This document shows, piece after piece, positions 43,980 through 57,920 of a DNA stretch of 64,000 nt. Each line of letters begins with the position of its first letter. Position 1 is the stretch's first letter. The translations under genes were made by a program, and so were the position numbers. The notes below the pieces were generated by a model. That model made no database searches, had not been told where the DNA came from, and saw only the letters and a list, made by a program, of their open reading frames with translations. Source of the DNA: Eledone cirrhosa (Eukaryota); contig OZ024746.1 in NCBI GenBank assembly GCA_964016885.1, positions 5,580,001-5,644,000 of the forward strand, given 5' to 3'.

Positions 43980-44934
43980 GTATATACATACATATATATA
44001 TATATGCCTCTCTGTCTGAACTGTTCCTTTATACTCTGACCAAGTCTCTGTGCGCGAGTGTATCTAATGTCTATATTTATGTTTGTACAATGTTCTTTAT
44101 TGCTTTAATATAACATTTTACCAAAGAAACCTAAGCTGCTCTATCTTTATGTTGAAGTCATCCATTGTAGAGTTCGCCCTTTAACAGACCAAATATCAAT
44201 AAGAAATGTTCATTTAGTATTGTTTTGATTAATGTTGCTTATTTGTTTACTTATTTCGTTTCAATCATTAGAAAACATTAATCGATATTAAATGTGGGTT
44301 AAACTTTCAGACCATCGGTTGCCAGTTCGGCCATTTAATTGATCGTTTAGGGGGAAAAAGACGGTTTTATTCAGTTTAGCTATTAGTATATGCTACATTA
44401 CGCTTAGTTGTATTTACGTTACTGGTGAATATAATAGTTAAATGGGTGATTATCCCACACAGAATATATATTTCCTAAATGGGCAAGTTAATCTGCATTT
44501 ATTACATATATATATCTTTAGAGGCTACAAAAGATATGCTAAGAAAATATTGCTGACAAAGCTATAAATAAACGAATGTTTTGAATGACTTTTAAAGGAA
44601 TAAAAGACAAATAAATAACAAGGATATGAATGAAATGAAAATAGAACAAACTATAACAAATCGAAACTCTATATATTGATCGGAAATTGGTGGTAGATTT
44701 TTAGTTATTTAGGGTTTAGTAGGAAAAGAAGTAGCCATAGATAAATATACTCAATGTACTGTGTGTCAGCCTTAAAACTTATGATGTGTATAACTATGTT
44801 TTGTTTAAACATTTTAACGATGTAAAAGTTGTTTTGATGTCAAAGGCTGAAGACTTTGAAAAATCAATGGTATTATAGTGTACTTGTATACTTGATATGA
44901 AATTACTTATATATAACATATATTCGGGGGGGGG

Positions 44935-45142
44935 GGGCGGGTACCAGAATCGTTAGTGCACCGGATGAAATACCTTGCGCAATTTCGCTAGGGCTGTTTA
45001 TGTTTTGAGTTCACATCCAGCCAAGGTCACATTTCACATTCATTTTTCCGAGGTAGATGAAATAAAACCACCCTGTTAAGCACTGGGCTTGATATAATCA
45101 ACTCTCCACAAATTTGCTGGCCACGTGCCTAAATTTGAAATT
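44935..45142 (+). mobile_element. Diverged Meta-domain SINE
   Basis: AGAATCGTTAG...GAGTTCACATCCAGCCAAGGTC...AATTTGCTGGCCACGTGCCTAAATTTGAAA. Confidence 0.7.
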
Positions 45143-45164
45143 GTATATATATATATGTATATAT

Positions 45165-45315
45165 ATATAGAGAGAGAGAGCTGTAAAATCCCAACCGCGG
45201 CGCCAAGCGATCGGGATTTTACATATCTCTATACCCACTCTACACCTCCCCATGTATCGAGTGCTTTCATGATTAGTGGTCTCTTTGGTCTCTGCTCCAC
45301 AGACTCTCTCTCTCT
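45165..45315 (+). mobile_element. Short fold-back element with RCTC...ATCGAGT tail (family G)
   Basis: Arms TGTAAAATCCC / GGGATTTTACA; tail ACTC (45237-45240) ... GAGT (45259-45262); TA-flanked. Confidence 0.55.
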
Positions 45316-45366
45316 GTATATATATATATATATGGCTGTGCTCCAGCATCGTCCCTGTCTGATCAG

Positions 45367-45437
<71 letters not shown>

Positions 45438-45996
45438 GTTTGCATATACTGTGCATATGATATATATAAATATGTGTATTATGTGTGCATTCTGATGCGT
45501 GGGAAGCTATCTGCAAAGCATGTTTAGCGTTTGAGAGATTGCTATCGATATATTTTCCTTTAGTTTATTCATGCAAATAAACATTTACACAGCTAAAAAG
45601 CAAATACAATAGAGGAAACATAGAAGGAAAGAAGAATAACTAAAAGTAAAATATAAGACAAGTTTCATATATTATTTCTTGATTTAATTCATGTAGACTA
45701 TTGTATAATGTTATAGATATTCAATGATTGTACGGTGAACAATTACAATATAGAATAAAATTCAGGATTCTTAATAGTTGTGTTTATTAAATTTTATCGT
45801 CGCCATTCAATATCTGACCTCCAGTATTATATAGTCAACTATAAAGGTTTGCAATCTATATCATCTGTTGATAACACAACGAGCCGTTGTTGCTAACATA
45901 TCATTGAAGATATGTACTTACACAGAGGCTAACACACGGAAAATCTCTTCCCTCTACATGAACTCGTGTACACATACGCATTTGTCTGTAGCTATG

Positions 45997-46032
<36 letters not shown>

Positions 46033-46079
46033 CATAGATACACACACACATACACATATATGTATATACATCAACATCA

Positions 46080-46385
46080 TCATCATTAGACGTCCGCTTT
46101 TCCCTGATTGCAAGGGTGGGATGGGAACTCATTATGGCTTGATTTCTACAGCTGGATGCCCTTCCTAATACCAACCTCATTTATAATGATTGCTGGGTGC
46201 TTTTTTCCGTGGCGCCTACACGTTCACTTTACAGTGGAATGATAGGGACCCCAGTCCCTATCATCTCATTTCTACAGCTGAGTAAACTGGAGCAATGTGA
46301 AATAAAGTGTCTTGCTCAAGGAAACAACACACCACGCGGTCTGAGAATTGAACTCACACCTTTCGATTGCAAGGCCAATGCCTCC
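46080..46385 (-). mobile_element. tRNA-derived CORE-like SINE with LINE-derived 3' tail
   Basis: Plus strand shows GTGAAATAAAGTGTCTTGCTCAAGG and ATTGAACTC (reverse complements of the domain and B box), and GCTGGATGCCCTTCCTAA in the tail. Confidence 0.7.
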
Positions 46386-46397
46386 ATACATATATAT

Positions 46398-46485
46398 ATA
46401 ACGAAGGAAATGTGGTAAGGAACCAGATGGACCATAACGTACCAAAGTACTAAATTCTTAGGGTAGTAGAGTGGGTAATAGGAAA
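46398..46485 (-). mobile_element. Family A tail-only fragment
   Basis: Matches the tail of 21804-21890; no inverted arm. Confidence 0.75.
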
Positions 46486-46558
46486 ATATATATAAATATA
46501 TATATATATACTATATATATATATATATGTACTATATATATATGTACTATATATATAT

Positions 46559-46643
<85 letters not shown>

Positions 46644-46644
46644 A

Positions 46645-46792
46645 GGGCGGGTAAAATTCCCGAGATCCATGGACGAGTTCTCTCCAGCGGTCTCTGTCCC
46701 TCATTATCGCTGCCATGTCCTGCGTCTCCAACAGACCAGTGTCTGTCCTTAGGACATCAACATACGTTAACCTTCGTCTTCCTCTTCCAGTG
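46645..46792 (-). mobile_element. RTE-clade LINE extreme 3' fragment
   Basis: Minus frame [39 protein letters not shown]. Confidence 0.75.
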
Positions 46793-46828
46793 TGTGTCCA
46801 TGTACATATATGTGTGTGTGTGTATCTA

Positions 46829-46911
<83 letters not shown>

Positions 46912-46957
46912 TCCAATGCAAAATCAACTACGAGACGTATTCATTCTGATAATTCGT

Positions 46958-47138
46958 TTGGCAGTATCGGTAGAGGGGTGGACGCCATGCGTTCTAGCAT
47001 AGTTACGTCCCTTTACAGTCTGAGTTCAAATCCCGCCGAGGTTAACTTTGCCTTTCATCCTTACGGGGTCGATAAAATAAAGTACCAGTAATGTACTGGG
47101 TAATTACTGGCCTTGGGCCTAAAGTAGAAACAATTATT
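46958..47138 (+). mobile_element. tRNA-derived Meta-domain SINE
   Basis: Close consensus match. Confidence 0.92.
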
Positions 47139-47207
47139 AATTGCATGTTTGTATATCATAAACAACAAAAATAACTCGAATACTGCCTCCAACTCTACGA
47201 CGACGGC

Positions 47208-47520
47208 CGCCATCACCAGCACCACCTCCACCATCTCACCCCCATCACCAATACCACCACCAACACCACCACCACCATGTCACCCCCATCACCAATACCA
47301 ACACCACCACCACCACCATCTCACCCCCATCACCAATACCACCGCCACCACCACCATCTCACCCCCTCACCACCACCACCACCACCACCACCACCACCTC
47401 ACCCCCATCACCACCACCACCACCACCACCACCACCTCACCCCCATCACCACCACCACCACCACCACCTCACCCCCATCACCACCACCACCACCACCACC
47501 ACCACTACCACCACCACCAT
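47208..47520. repeat. (CAC)n-based compound repeat with CTCACCCCCATCACCA units
   Basis: Direct inspection. Confidence 0.9.
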
Positions 47521-47579
47521 ACACAGATAAAAAAATATATTCACACACATTTCTGTCCCTCTCTCTCTATCTTACACTG

Positions 47580-48162
<583 letters not shown>

Positions 48163-48163
<1 letters not shown>

Positions 48164-48390
48164 GCTGTTATCGTTTCAACTGTTAGTTCAGTCTGGAACA
48201 ATCTGTTTAAGTGGCAAGAGTTCAGCCGTCGGGCCCCGACTGTTTCTAATATAGTCATATTGTACTATCCTAAGTATTGAGTACTCTGTTGAGTAATGGT
48301 CTTACTAGTCTAAAACTCGTTCTATCCTGATATATATAATAAAAGTTGAAGGGCAATAACTCAGCCGTCGGCCCCTGAATTGTTATAATA
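48163..48390 (+). mobile_element. Diverged family A relative, partial tandem
   Basis: TCAGCCGTCGG occurs twice, with CCTAAGTATTGAGTACT. Confidence 0.5.
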
Positions 48391-48412
48391 TATATGTATA
48401 TATGTATATATG

Positions 48413-48443
<31 letters not shown>

Positions 48444-48503
48444 TTGTGTGCGTGTGTATGTGTGTGTGTGTGTGTGCGTGTGTGTGTGTGTATGTGTGTG
48501 TAT

Positions 48504-48534
<31 letters not shown>

Positions 48535-48834
48535 CGCGCGTGTGTGTATGTGTGTGTATATACATTATGTATGGAGGTAGATCGTTTTTCATAGTGTGTA
48601 TATTTTGACAGCTGATCCTGTTCTCAGTTTTACAGCACAGCTATCTAACTGGCCAAGTTGGAATACATTAATGGTCCTAAGGTTTCACTGAAGCTCTCCT
48701 CTGTGATATCTTGAGAAAACTGACTGATTTCTATGTAAATAACATTTCGTCTTATACACGTAGTCAATTTACACATAGTATGAAATTATCTTGTAAGAAT
48801 TTCATTTATTCAGAACAGAGCAGAGGATGACAGG

Positions 48835-49045
48835 CGAGTATTAAACCATCTAGTATAGTTCCCTGCTGTCTGAGTTCCAATCCCGACGAGGTCGCCCTTC
48901 ATCCATTCAAGGTCGATAAAAAAGTACCAGTCAAGTACTGTGGTCGATTCTACCTCTTTATCTCTTCTTTACCTATTTTCTCTCATTCTCTCTATCTCGC
49001 CCGGGAAGAAATCTGCTGTATTCAGACATGGAGAGTATTGGCCTG
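48835..49045 (+). mobile_element. Diverged Meta-domain SINE with extended 3' tail
   Basis: GAGTTCCAATCCCGACGAGGTC...GGTCGATAAAAAAGTACCAG, then GGAAGAAATCTGCTGTATTCAGAC, which is shared with the 55.6 kb copy. Confidence 0.65.
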
Positions 49046-50397
49046 CCCTAGGAACGCCGTATGAAGTAGTTCCGGTACAGCCGTATGTCAATACAGCACA
49101 CCTATCACGTCTTCAGTGCACACATATGATGTCGTCAGGTGTTACATGTCCATACATGCTGAAATAATAAATATAAGAATATGACGCAGCAGGCGTTTTG
49201 TAAAGTAACTGATTAGCAAGAAATATGTGTCGTGTTACTCATTCCAGTTCCAACAAATACAGTATACTAGATTCCTAATACTAATAGTACGTGTTTATAT
49301 ATACACTTAATAATCTTTAATCCCACAGCGTAACATTTTGTGAAAGTGTTTTCCTCTATAAACTCATGCAGACATGTCTTGTTTATTGGAATATTTGAGT
49401 ATTGAGTAGAGTCGGGAAATGTTTATTTCTCTAATGATTTACGAAAAGATCATTTATGTTTCGCTAAACTATTGCTTGAGAGAGACATTCACAGAGAAGG
49501 ACATATGTTGCAGCTGTAACAACTACACCGAAGAGTGTGTTTTCACGTGCTCTAAAACATTTGATTCAACTATAGTTCATCGCATTTTTCTAATGATTGC
49601 ATCATACAAATTTTATTCAAGATCTTATGATATCTATAGACAATTGGAAAATACTTATTTATAAAGATTAGGAAAATACTGGTAATATGGTTGCGATATT
49701 TAAATATTTTCTATTTATTCATTTGTGATATTTGTATATTTATACAACCGAAACCACTACCTTGGTCAAGCTTGTAACAGTGGGTAGTACGGTTGAAAAG
49801 CGACCTTCCAAACACAGTTTCGTATAACACTCATTCACTTCGCTTGAATCAAACCAAAAGTTTGATTCAAGTTCCAGAAGTTTTTTGCTAGAGAAACCAC
49901 GCTACGTGACGATATTGGTAACATCAATGAATTTATAGCAAACTTCTTAATCGTTTGGACATCTTGAGTCCATAAAATTTTAATAAAAATAAAATAACAT
50001 TCAAGCATCATTTATTCAAAGGATTTGATTTAGTAGAGTTTCGATCAGTATTTACTGTCGATGTGTCAGTTTAAGGGAAACAGAGCGTACTTTTATGTTG
50101 ATGTATAATGGTTTATTTTTTAATTATCTTACACCTGCGACAATCTATTTGTTAAGTACATTAAATAAGTTTACGAAATCCAATCTTTAATTCAATGTAG
50201 GTTTGACAAACTGGTACAGAGGGTTTGTCAGAAGCTCTGCCACATATCTTTGAGTCTCGACTATAAAAAAAAACCCTCTATCCCTTTTAACCCTGTCTTT
50301 ATCCACACACGCATACATACATATATAGTTTGACCATGTGTGTGTCTGCATACCTATATATAAACCAGTACACACTTAACACTATATATACTATGTA

Positions 50398-50448
<51 letters not shown>

Positions 50449-50550
50449 ATGTGTGTGTAGAATATATTATACAAAATCACCTGCAGATTACCTGTACAGC
50501 GAGTTAGAACAAGAACACATCACAATCATCTTACCCTAGGGATCTGTATG

Positions 50551-51263
50551 CAGTGGCAGACTGGGTCTAAAAATATTGGTTGCCAGGAAACGAAGGGGGC
50601 CCACCTATATATAGAATGCTATCATTTAATTTTTATAATGAATAAATAACATTTTCGAAAAATACATAAGTGGAAACAAAACGGTGCAATCAAATGTTTG
50701 CGGAAACATATCTTACCTTCTCCAATAAAAAAATATTATGTATTTTGCGAAATCCAGAGACTTTCAATAATGACCAGAAGTCGACCCTAAATATTACTAA
50801 TAGCTCTAGGAAGGCCATGAACGACACCACATTTTTTAATTGATTTTGAAAGTAGGTTTATAATTATCAATTTTCATTATAATTTCGTAGCTGTATCGGC
50901 AGCCTAGTTGGAGGAATCGTAGACGGTGGTGATACTGTCTGAAGTTCGATCCTGGTCGGGAGTAGGGTTCCCAGTAAGCCTTTTCTTTTTTTTTCTATGG
51001 GTTGTAAAATAAAAACTGAAAAAGGTCATATGAACTCCTTGACTAGGATTGAACCCAAGTCAAGTATCCTCACCGTCTCTAGTACCTACCGCTAGGCCAG
51101 ATACAGCTACCAAAATCTTATGAAAATTCTAGGTGGACAGGTCAATGTAATGCTACTAAAAATAGCAGATATATATACCACCTTCACTAATTGATTTGAC
51201 AGATGTCTTTAACCCATTGATACCAAATATTATTTGGTCAGTAGTTCGTGTGTATGTATATAA

Positions 51264-51296
<33 letters not shown>

Positions 51297-51632
51297 CTTG
51301 TGTGTCTGTGTCTATATATGTATATTTGCATGCATGAATGAATACATCAAGCTTTAGATATAGTAGAATGTACAACAACTGATTCCATCTACTTGCACTA
51401 TCGTACATGTTGGTTTCTAGTAATTCCCTGGGGAACTGGTTGACCAATTGCTTTGCTTAATTGTTTTATTTATTTAATTTTTTAATTTTATTCTTTCTCT
51501 CAGACTGTAGATATATTTTGAAAGCAAAGCATTGGACCCTAAAATACTACAGTAGGCCCTACAATGCTACCGTGGGCCCCATGTCGCCCACTTGCCATTG
51601 GGTAACCGGGCAACCTGGCCACTCCACCACTG
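50551..51632. mobile_element. hAT-like non-autonomous DNA transposon
   Basis: TIRs CAGTGGCAGACTGG / CCACTCCACCACTG with subterminal GGGCCC motifs; the target-site duplication is only partly recognisable. Confidence 0.55.
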
Positions 51633-51744
51633 GTGATATGTATATGTTTCCATGAATTAAATATATTTTAGTGATCTTTTCATTAAGAAGTTATAATTAT
51701 TGGTGACAAATTACCTTATGTATGATATATATAAATATATATAT

Positions 51745-51777
<33 letters not shown>

Positions 51778-51828
51778 GTGGTGGAACACTGGAAGGTAAT
51801 ATGGTAGAGCATTCAGTCCAAGGGATGA

Positions 51829-51866
51829 CGAGCTGAAGATCTGCGAAGGTGAAACAATTGTTCTCG
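51829..51866 (+). ncRNA. Minimal type I hammerhead ribozyme (family E)
   Basis: CGAG-CTGAAGA-TCT gcga AGG-T-GAAAC aatt GTT^CTCG, with palindromic stem III ACAATTGT, inside a ~125-bp island (51777-51900) flanked by TA. Confidence 0.7.
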
Positions 51867-51918
51867 GTATGGTGAACTAACTGTTGTGTAACCACTTCTA
51901 TATATATACCTATACACA

Positions 51919-51952
<34 letters not shown>

Positions 51953-52259
51953 GATACCTCTACACATGTGTGTGAAATGGTTGGCCTTGAGAATTATTGA
52001 TAAAACCCTTCCGGTGGGCTTTTATCGATTTCCATCTACCTATTTCTCTGACAATGCTTTGGTCGACCTCCGCCTCTCGTACAAAAACTATGTCAGCCAG
52101 TGTGAGAGATTTTGATGCGCACATTACATAAAAGATGTTATATTATAGTACTACTCATAAAAATAATGGTACTTAAGCCCCAACTCTGTTCAAGTAGAAA
52201 CTCTGCTTGAGTACACGTTACTTCCATCCCTGAAGATATTCGTGGACTATTTAAATATG

Positions 52260-52304
<45 letters not shown>

Positions 52305-52904
52305 CACACACATATATATATATATATATTCCAATACGAAATCAATTACTAGACGTACTATATATATATATATATATGTATGTATACATATATATGATGG
52401 AATTATGTTTTTCATTTAACGCTTATCATATTTGCTGTCCCAATACACTTTTTTTACGTTTCCTCTATATTGTTTGTATTTTTTATTACGTGGTATTTCA
52501 CGAAGTTATATTATTTTGCCTCTAGAGATTTTGAATGCGTTGATACATGCTGATTAACTTCAGAATTGTGTAAACAGAATAGACCTATATCTATCATCTT
52601 GCTCGCCATTATTAATTCCTATGCTTCTTTCTTTCCAAGCATCTTAACAATAAAATATAGAGCGAAGCATATCGCAGAATTCCGTTTTCCTTTCACATAA
52701 CTAATAGATCTTGTCCCTATGTGAATTGATGATCTTCAATCCACCCACATCTCCTCACCCTCTCCTCAATACTACACTACACATAGACGTCACAAGTTGG
52801 ATGATAATACATATCAGGTTTATTTTTACCAACATCACTTCAGCATGTCGAGATGGTATTTACATTTCTTGTTTGTTGGATATAAATCCTCATAATCTAA
52901 TTAC

Positions 52905-53065
52905 ATATGTACTGAGAGGATAGACGTAAATATTATATATTCCTCTGTACTGTACTGAGGGGACAGTTATACAGTTATACAGACAAATATTATATATTCC
53001 TATGTATTGTACTGAGAGGATACAACACAGTTATACAAGCACATATTATATATTCCTCTGTTACT
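52905..53065. repeat. Degenerate ~57-bp tandem repeat
   Basis: ATATTATATATTCCT and GTACTGAGRGGA each recur about 3 times. Confidence 0.7.
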
Positions 53066-54169
53066 AAATTGTACAACGATGTCGAATGCCACAAACAATA
53101 AACAAATGCCAATGTGACGCGGAACCAAGTATTTCTTAGTAATCTATATTGTAAACCATAGAATGGGATTTTATTTATATTCATTTAAACGTAATTCAAA
53201 TAAAACAGTACTAAAGAGTACAATATTTCCCCGCTTTCTTAAACAGTAAAAATTGTATATCTTCTCCGCGCTCTCTTAACAGTACTAAGATATACAATAT
53301 CTTCCTACCCTCTCAATACTCGGTTCAATAGTTTGACCAGGTCGTTGTTGTTTTCTGTTTATTGAAGACGATAAATTAGTACAGTGTCTTATTTATTTAT
53401 CTTATTCAATATTATCTCATAAAATCCACTCATGATTAATAAACTTCTTGAGCTTCATTAGTGTTAATATGTTCAACAATTAGTTAATACAACGTAATTG
53501 GGGCAGAGGGTTTTATTTCTAGTAACTTTTCAAAGGAAACGAAAATATTAATAACCGTCATTTCTATAAGCCAAGTAATGGTAAAGAAGAAGACTCATTA
53601 AACTTTACTACTCCGTCTATGATATTTTAATTAAAATTGTTGTAGCAATATATATCGGCCATTGTTGGAATGTAGTTTAATGGTATGTGGTATGTTTTGC
53701 CATTCATGCCTTTTCCAAAAGAATTGAATTAGCTGCAACCAGTAAAGAATAAACTCACTGCAGTTATCACTTGTTGAATTAACAATAGTTACAAGAGAAA
53801 CTACAATTATTGATGTCTGGTATTGGCACATAGCCGCAAATATGTGGAGAGAGGCCTCGAGATTTAATTAATTTCGGTACATGTATATACATGTTCTTTT
53901 CATCAAACCTATCCCGATGGATAATTTGAAATTCAAAATTCAGAAGTGTTAAAGTAAATATAAAAAGGCATGAAGTCTTACAACTTCTTCTTCCTACAAC
54001 TTCATTAGCTTAGAACCTACAATAGTATTAACAAAAGTATGCTTTGCAGTGCGTGCAAATATTCTTGAAATAAATGAAATTACTTCTCACAGATAAATGT
54101 TCATCCTATATACTTGTGGTTAGGATTGAGTAAATAGGAAGCTGTAATATGAACATTAATGAGAGTAGA

Positions 54170-54352
54170 GTGAATTGGCAGTATCGGTAGAGGGTCGGAC
54201 GCCATGCTTTCCAGCGTAGTTACGTCCCTTTACGATCTGAGTTCAAATCCCGCCGAGGTTAACTTTGCCTTTCATCCTTACAGGGTCGATAAAATAAAGT
54301 ACCAGTAATACACTGGGTATTTGCTGGCCTTGTGCCAAAAGTAGAAACAATT
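54170..54352 (+). mobile_element. tRNA-derived Meta-domain SINE
   Basis: Close consensus match. Confidence 0.92.
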
Positions 54353-55014
54353 AATGAGAAACAATTAATGATTCCTCGTTACAATTATGTTAGAGGGGAA
54401 TATAGTACATACGTCCTCAAGACATGGAAAGGACAGCAAGCATAATTCATAATTATTTTCGACTCCCAAACAAATCTGAAGACATGTTTCTGTGTACAGA
54501 ATTATTATGTGCTTTCAACACATAATAAAATCTTGCTGTAGACCCATAAATTATCTAAATGGATGTGATAAAAGAGAAGCGCTATAAAGATATTAAAAGT
54601 GTTTAAAACGGTAGTCGTATTGACAGCCGTCTGTGTGTGTGTGTATCTATTTATATTTCAATGTATATATGTATGTATATTGGGAGATATTATTGTTTGT
54701 GAATGTGATGTAAAAGGAAAGAGAGACGCTAGAAAAGATGAAAAAGTTTAGAGTGACATCAGTGAAAGGAGTAAGAGTATAGCTTTTTAATTTATATAAG
54801 CTGTAAATCTACCATCGATTGTCGCTGACTAATCGTTTCATATGACATTACATATAGTGAAAGAATCCTTTCTAGAAATAAATAGAATTGCAGCTAGTTA
54901 TATTATAGTAAACATGGGAGATTTATCTCATTTCAAATGGGATAAGTTAGACATTATAAACAATAATTTGAACATATATTCGAATGTCATTTGTACATGT
55001 TTCAAGATATAATA

Positions 55015-55200
55015 ATGGTTACTACTTTTGGCACAAGGCCAGCAATTACCCAGTGCATTACTGGTACTTTATTTTATCGACCCCGTAAGGATGAAAGGCA
55101 AAGTTAACATCGCGGGATTTGAACTCAGAATGGCAAGGTCCGTAACTATATGCGTCAAAGCATGGCGTCCGACCCTCTACCGATACTGCCAATCCACCGC
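55015..55200 (-). mobile_element. tRNA-derived Meta-domain SINE
   Basis: Reverse complement of the consensus. Confidence 0.92.
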
Positions 55201-55639
55201 CCGTTTCAAGATATAATAATATGTTTAAGTAAGTATTACTCCTTGGGGCCCTGAGTAGCAGATTATTTCTATAAATAAATTGCAGTAGAAAATTTCTATA
55301 TCAGATTGTAGTTAAAATTTCTATATCAGATTACTCTCTGTCGTCATAATGTCTCTAACGTTCTATAGTCTTCAACCAGAATACACATGTATTGAAAATA
55401 TCATCTATACTTTATTTGGCTTTAAAAACTGGAGATTGCTGAATTAAATGCATGTTTGTATTTAGTTATATTCCACTAGGTTCTCAATGCAATTCTTACG
55501 TGAGTCTACGTTTTCCCGAGCGGTACTTGATAAAATAAGTATCAGCCATATGAATGGTCCCGTAACACCTAAGGGAGTCGCAGGGGCGCCGTATTGACAC
55601 AGAACGTGTCTAGGGCATTTTAAAACTTGGTGGAACCCA

Positions 55640-55878
55640 TCTCCTCTCCAGGTCTGAATATAGCAGATTTCTTCCAGAGAAGGATAGAGAGTACGGGAAT
55701 GGAAGTGAGGACGAGAGACAAAATAAGAATCGGCCCCAGTAGTAGACTGGTACGTTTTTTATCGATCTGGAATGGATGAGGGCAAAGTTGAAATTTGGTT
55801 TCAGAAAGCAGAGAGAAGGAACGAATACCGCAAAACATTCTATCCGACGTTCTAACGAGTCTGCCAATTCGCCTCCTT
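55640..55878 (-). mobile_element. Diverged Meta-domain SINE with extended 3' tail
   Basis: Minus strand GGCGAATTGGCAGACTCGTTAGAACGTCGG head; tail shared with the 48.9 kb copy. Confidence 0.7.
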
Positions 55879-57699
55879 AGCCATATACAAAAGCCGGTTA
55901 AGTCTTAGATTCCTGTCTATGATAGACCTAAGATTTTCAACATTTACATTTGACTTGAAATTATCACGATTATATGAATTGTCAGCCATATTTAAATTTG
56001 AGTGAAAACTTATACGCGAACGGACCATTAAAAATATTCCTGCAATAAATTATTATATCTCACTTACGAAATTAGACAGAGCAAGCGATGCTGTTGCTTG
56101 TAACTAACGTATCATTCAAGCTACAGAAGTTTACGTGTTTCAACAAGTATCTTTAATTTTGTGCAAAAATCAATATTCCAATTACACTATTTATGCTAAC
56201 GTTTATTCAATGAAAAAATTAAAACTATGATAGCAAAAAAAAAAAAAAAATGATTAAATAATAATACATTTTGGGTAACAGTTTCACTCACAAAAGGAAT
56301 TAACTTTTTCATGCTCGACGTTTTAATGATGGATATTTTTTTAACTGCTTTTCTATTAATTAACAAAACAATTTGTTGAAATAATTTAAAATATTTTCCC
56401 ACACAATTTTCTTTGAGTTTCTTTTTTATTTAGCTCAATGTTTTAATTTTTATATATAGTGCCTGTCATTCATCTGACACTACCAGTGTTGTATTCATCA
56501 GATACCATATCAATATTTCGTGACAACTCGTTGCTTTGAAATTGAGTCATTATAAAATAGAATATAACTATAAATAAAGAAATCTTGTAATAAAAATCAA
56601 TCTTCTTTCATTTCAAACGCATGTTCATTTATTAAAAACATATTTCCGTTTAAATTGGTATGAGCGTGAATTAACAATTTACAAAATATGTTTAAATTTC
56701 CCAGTTATACATGCTGACAATATAAATATATCGAAGATTTCTGAGTTTATAAAACGTCAAAGGAATGAATTATTTATTTTAGTAGCACATTTAAAATATT
56801 TCTCTTTATAAAAGAGGCTACAAATATAAATTCTATAAATTGCTCAGCTAGGGGAAAAACTGACTAAATCCTGAGAAATCCGAGCTAAAACGGAAATGAG
56901 TGTTATAATATCTGACGTTATATTCATAAATATAATGTCAGTAATTAGACATTTTAATATAGAGTTATACGTCGACATACACCGATTTCCTTTTGAAATT
57001 GGATTAGAAACTGCTCGGAAGAGTATAAGTACTGTGTATATAATCTCAAGGGGAAATAACTTAATGACTATATCCATGTGGTGTTCTTTGGATAAAAGAA
57101 ATGTAAGATGAAAAAGTATGCAGTCCATAAAAATTCTATATAACTACAATATATCGCTAGTTTATGATAATGATTCTATTTCGTACGTCAATAGCAAACT
57201 TAGTGAAGCATAATATAAACCTATATTTAAAAAGAAACGAAAGACTTAATGAGATTTTAGAGTTTGATAATAAGAAATGTTTATTATTAAAAATAAACAG
57301 GATGCCGTAAGATGTAAACACCTTCCAATTCAAATGAAACTTTTGAAATCCACATGACTTGACCACTAACTATGTTCTTTCTCTTATTCGCTTGCAATCG
57401 TGAAAAAAAGAAACAAACCACCGAAAACCAAATGTCCTTTATATATTAATTATATTTAGCCACATTTCAGTATTAGCAGTCTATTTATCAGGAAGCAATG
57501 CTCGAACACTCGACAACAACACGCAGGACGGTTTAGTCGCCCTGTGCGCATCTTCAACAGGCTCGGCTGACAGTTCTTCCATATCTGTAGACTTTATATC
57601 TCTGTTAGCACTGCCATACGGGGATTTCTGGAAATTATCCATGGGCCCTGGACCGAAATACCTCCGCAAAAGAGTTGCTAGTTGATTTTCGTCAACACC

Positions 57700-57920
57700 C
57701 AAATTCTCCCCAAGAATTTTACCAGTATCCCATGCCAGTTTTTATCCGTTTGGAAGGTTGGGACAAAACAGACTCCAAGAAACTTAACTGGTCCGTCTGC
57801 CCAGCGTCCGGCAACGATATAGTACGACATGTACCTGCCTCACCAGGTGTCGAACTGCAGGCTTACCAACACTTCCTCAGTAATTGTAGTTTCTGTTCCC
57901 GCGTCCTACTCTTGGATGAA
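57700..57920 (-). mobile_element. Decayed L1/Tx1-clade LINE RT fragment
   Basis: Minus frame VSLQFDTW*GRYMSYYIVAGRWADGPVKFLGVCFVPTFQTDKNW matches the Tx1-type KxLGVxF...KNW motif. Confidence 0.7.
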
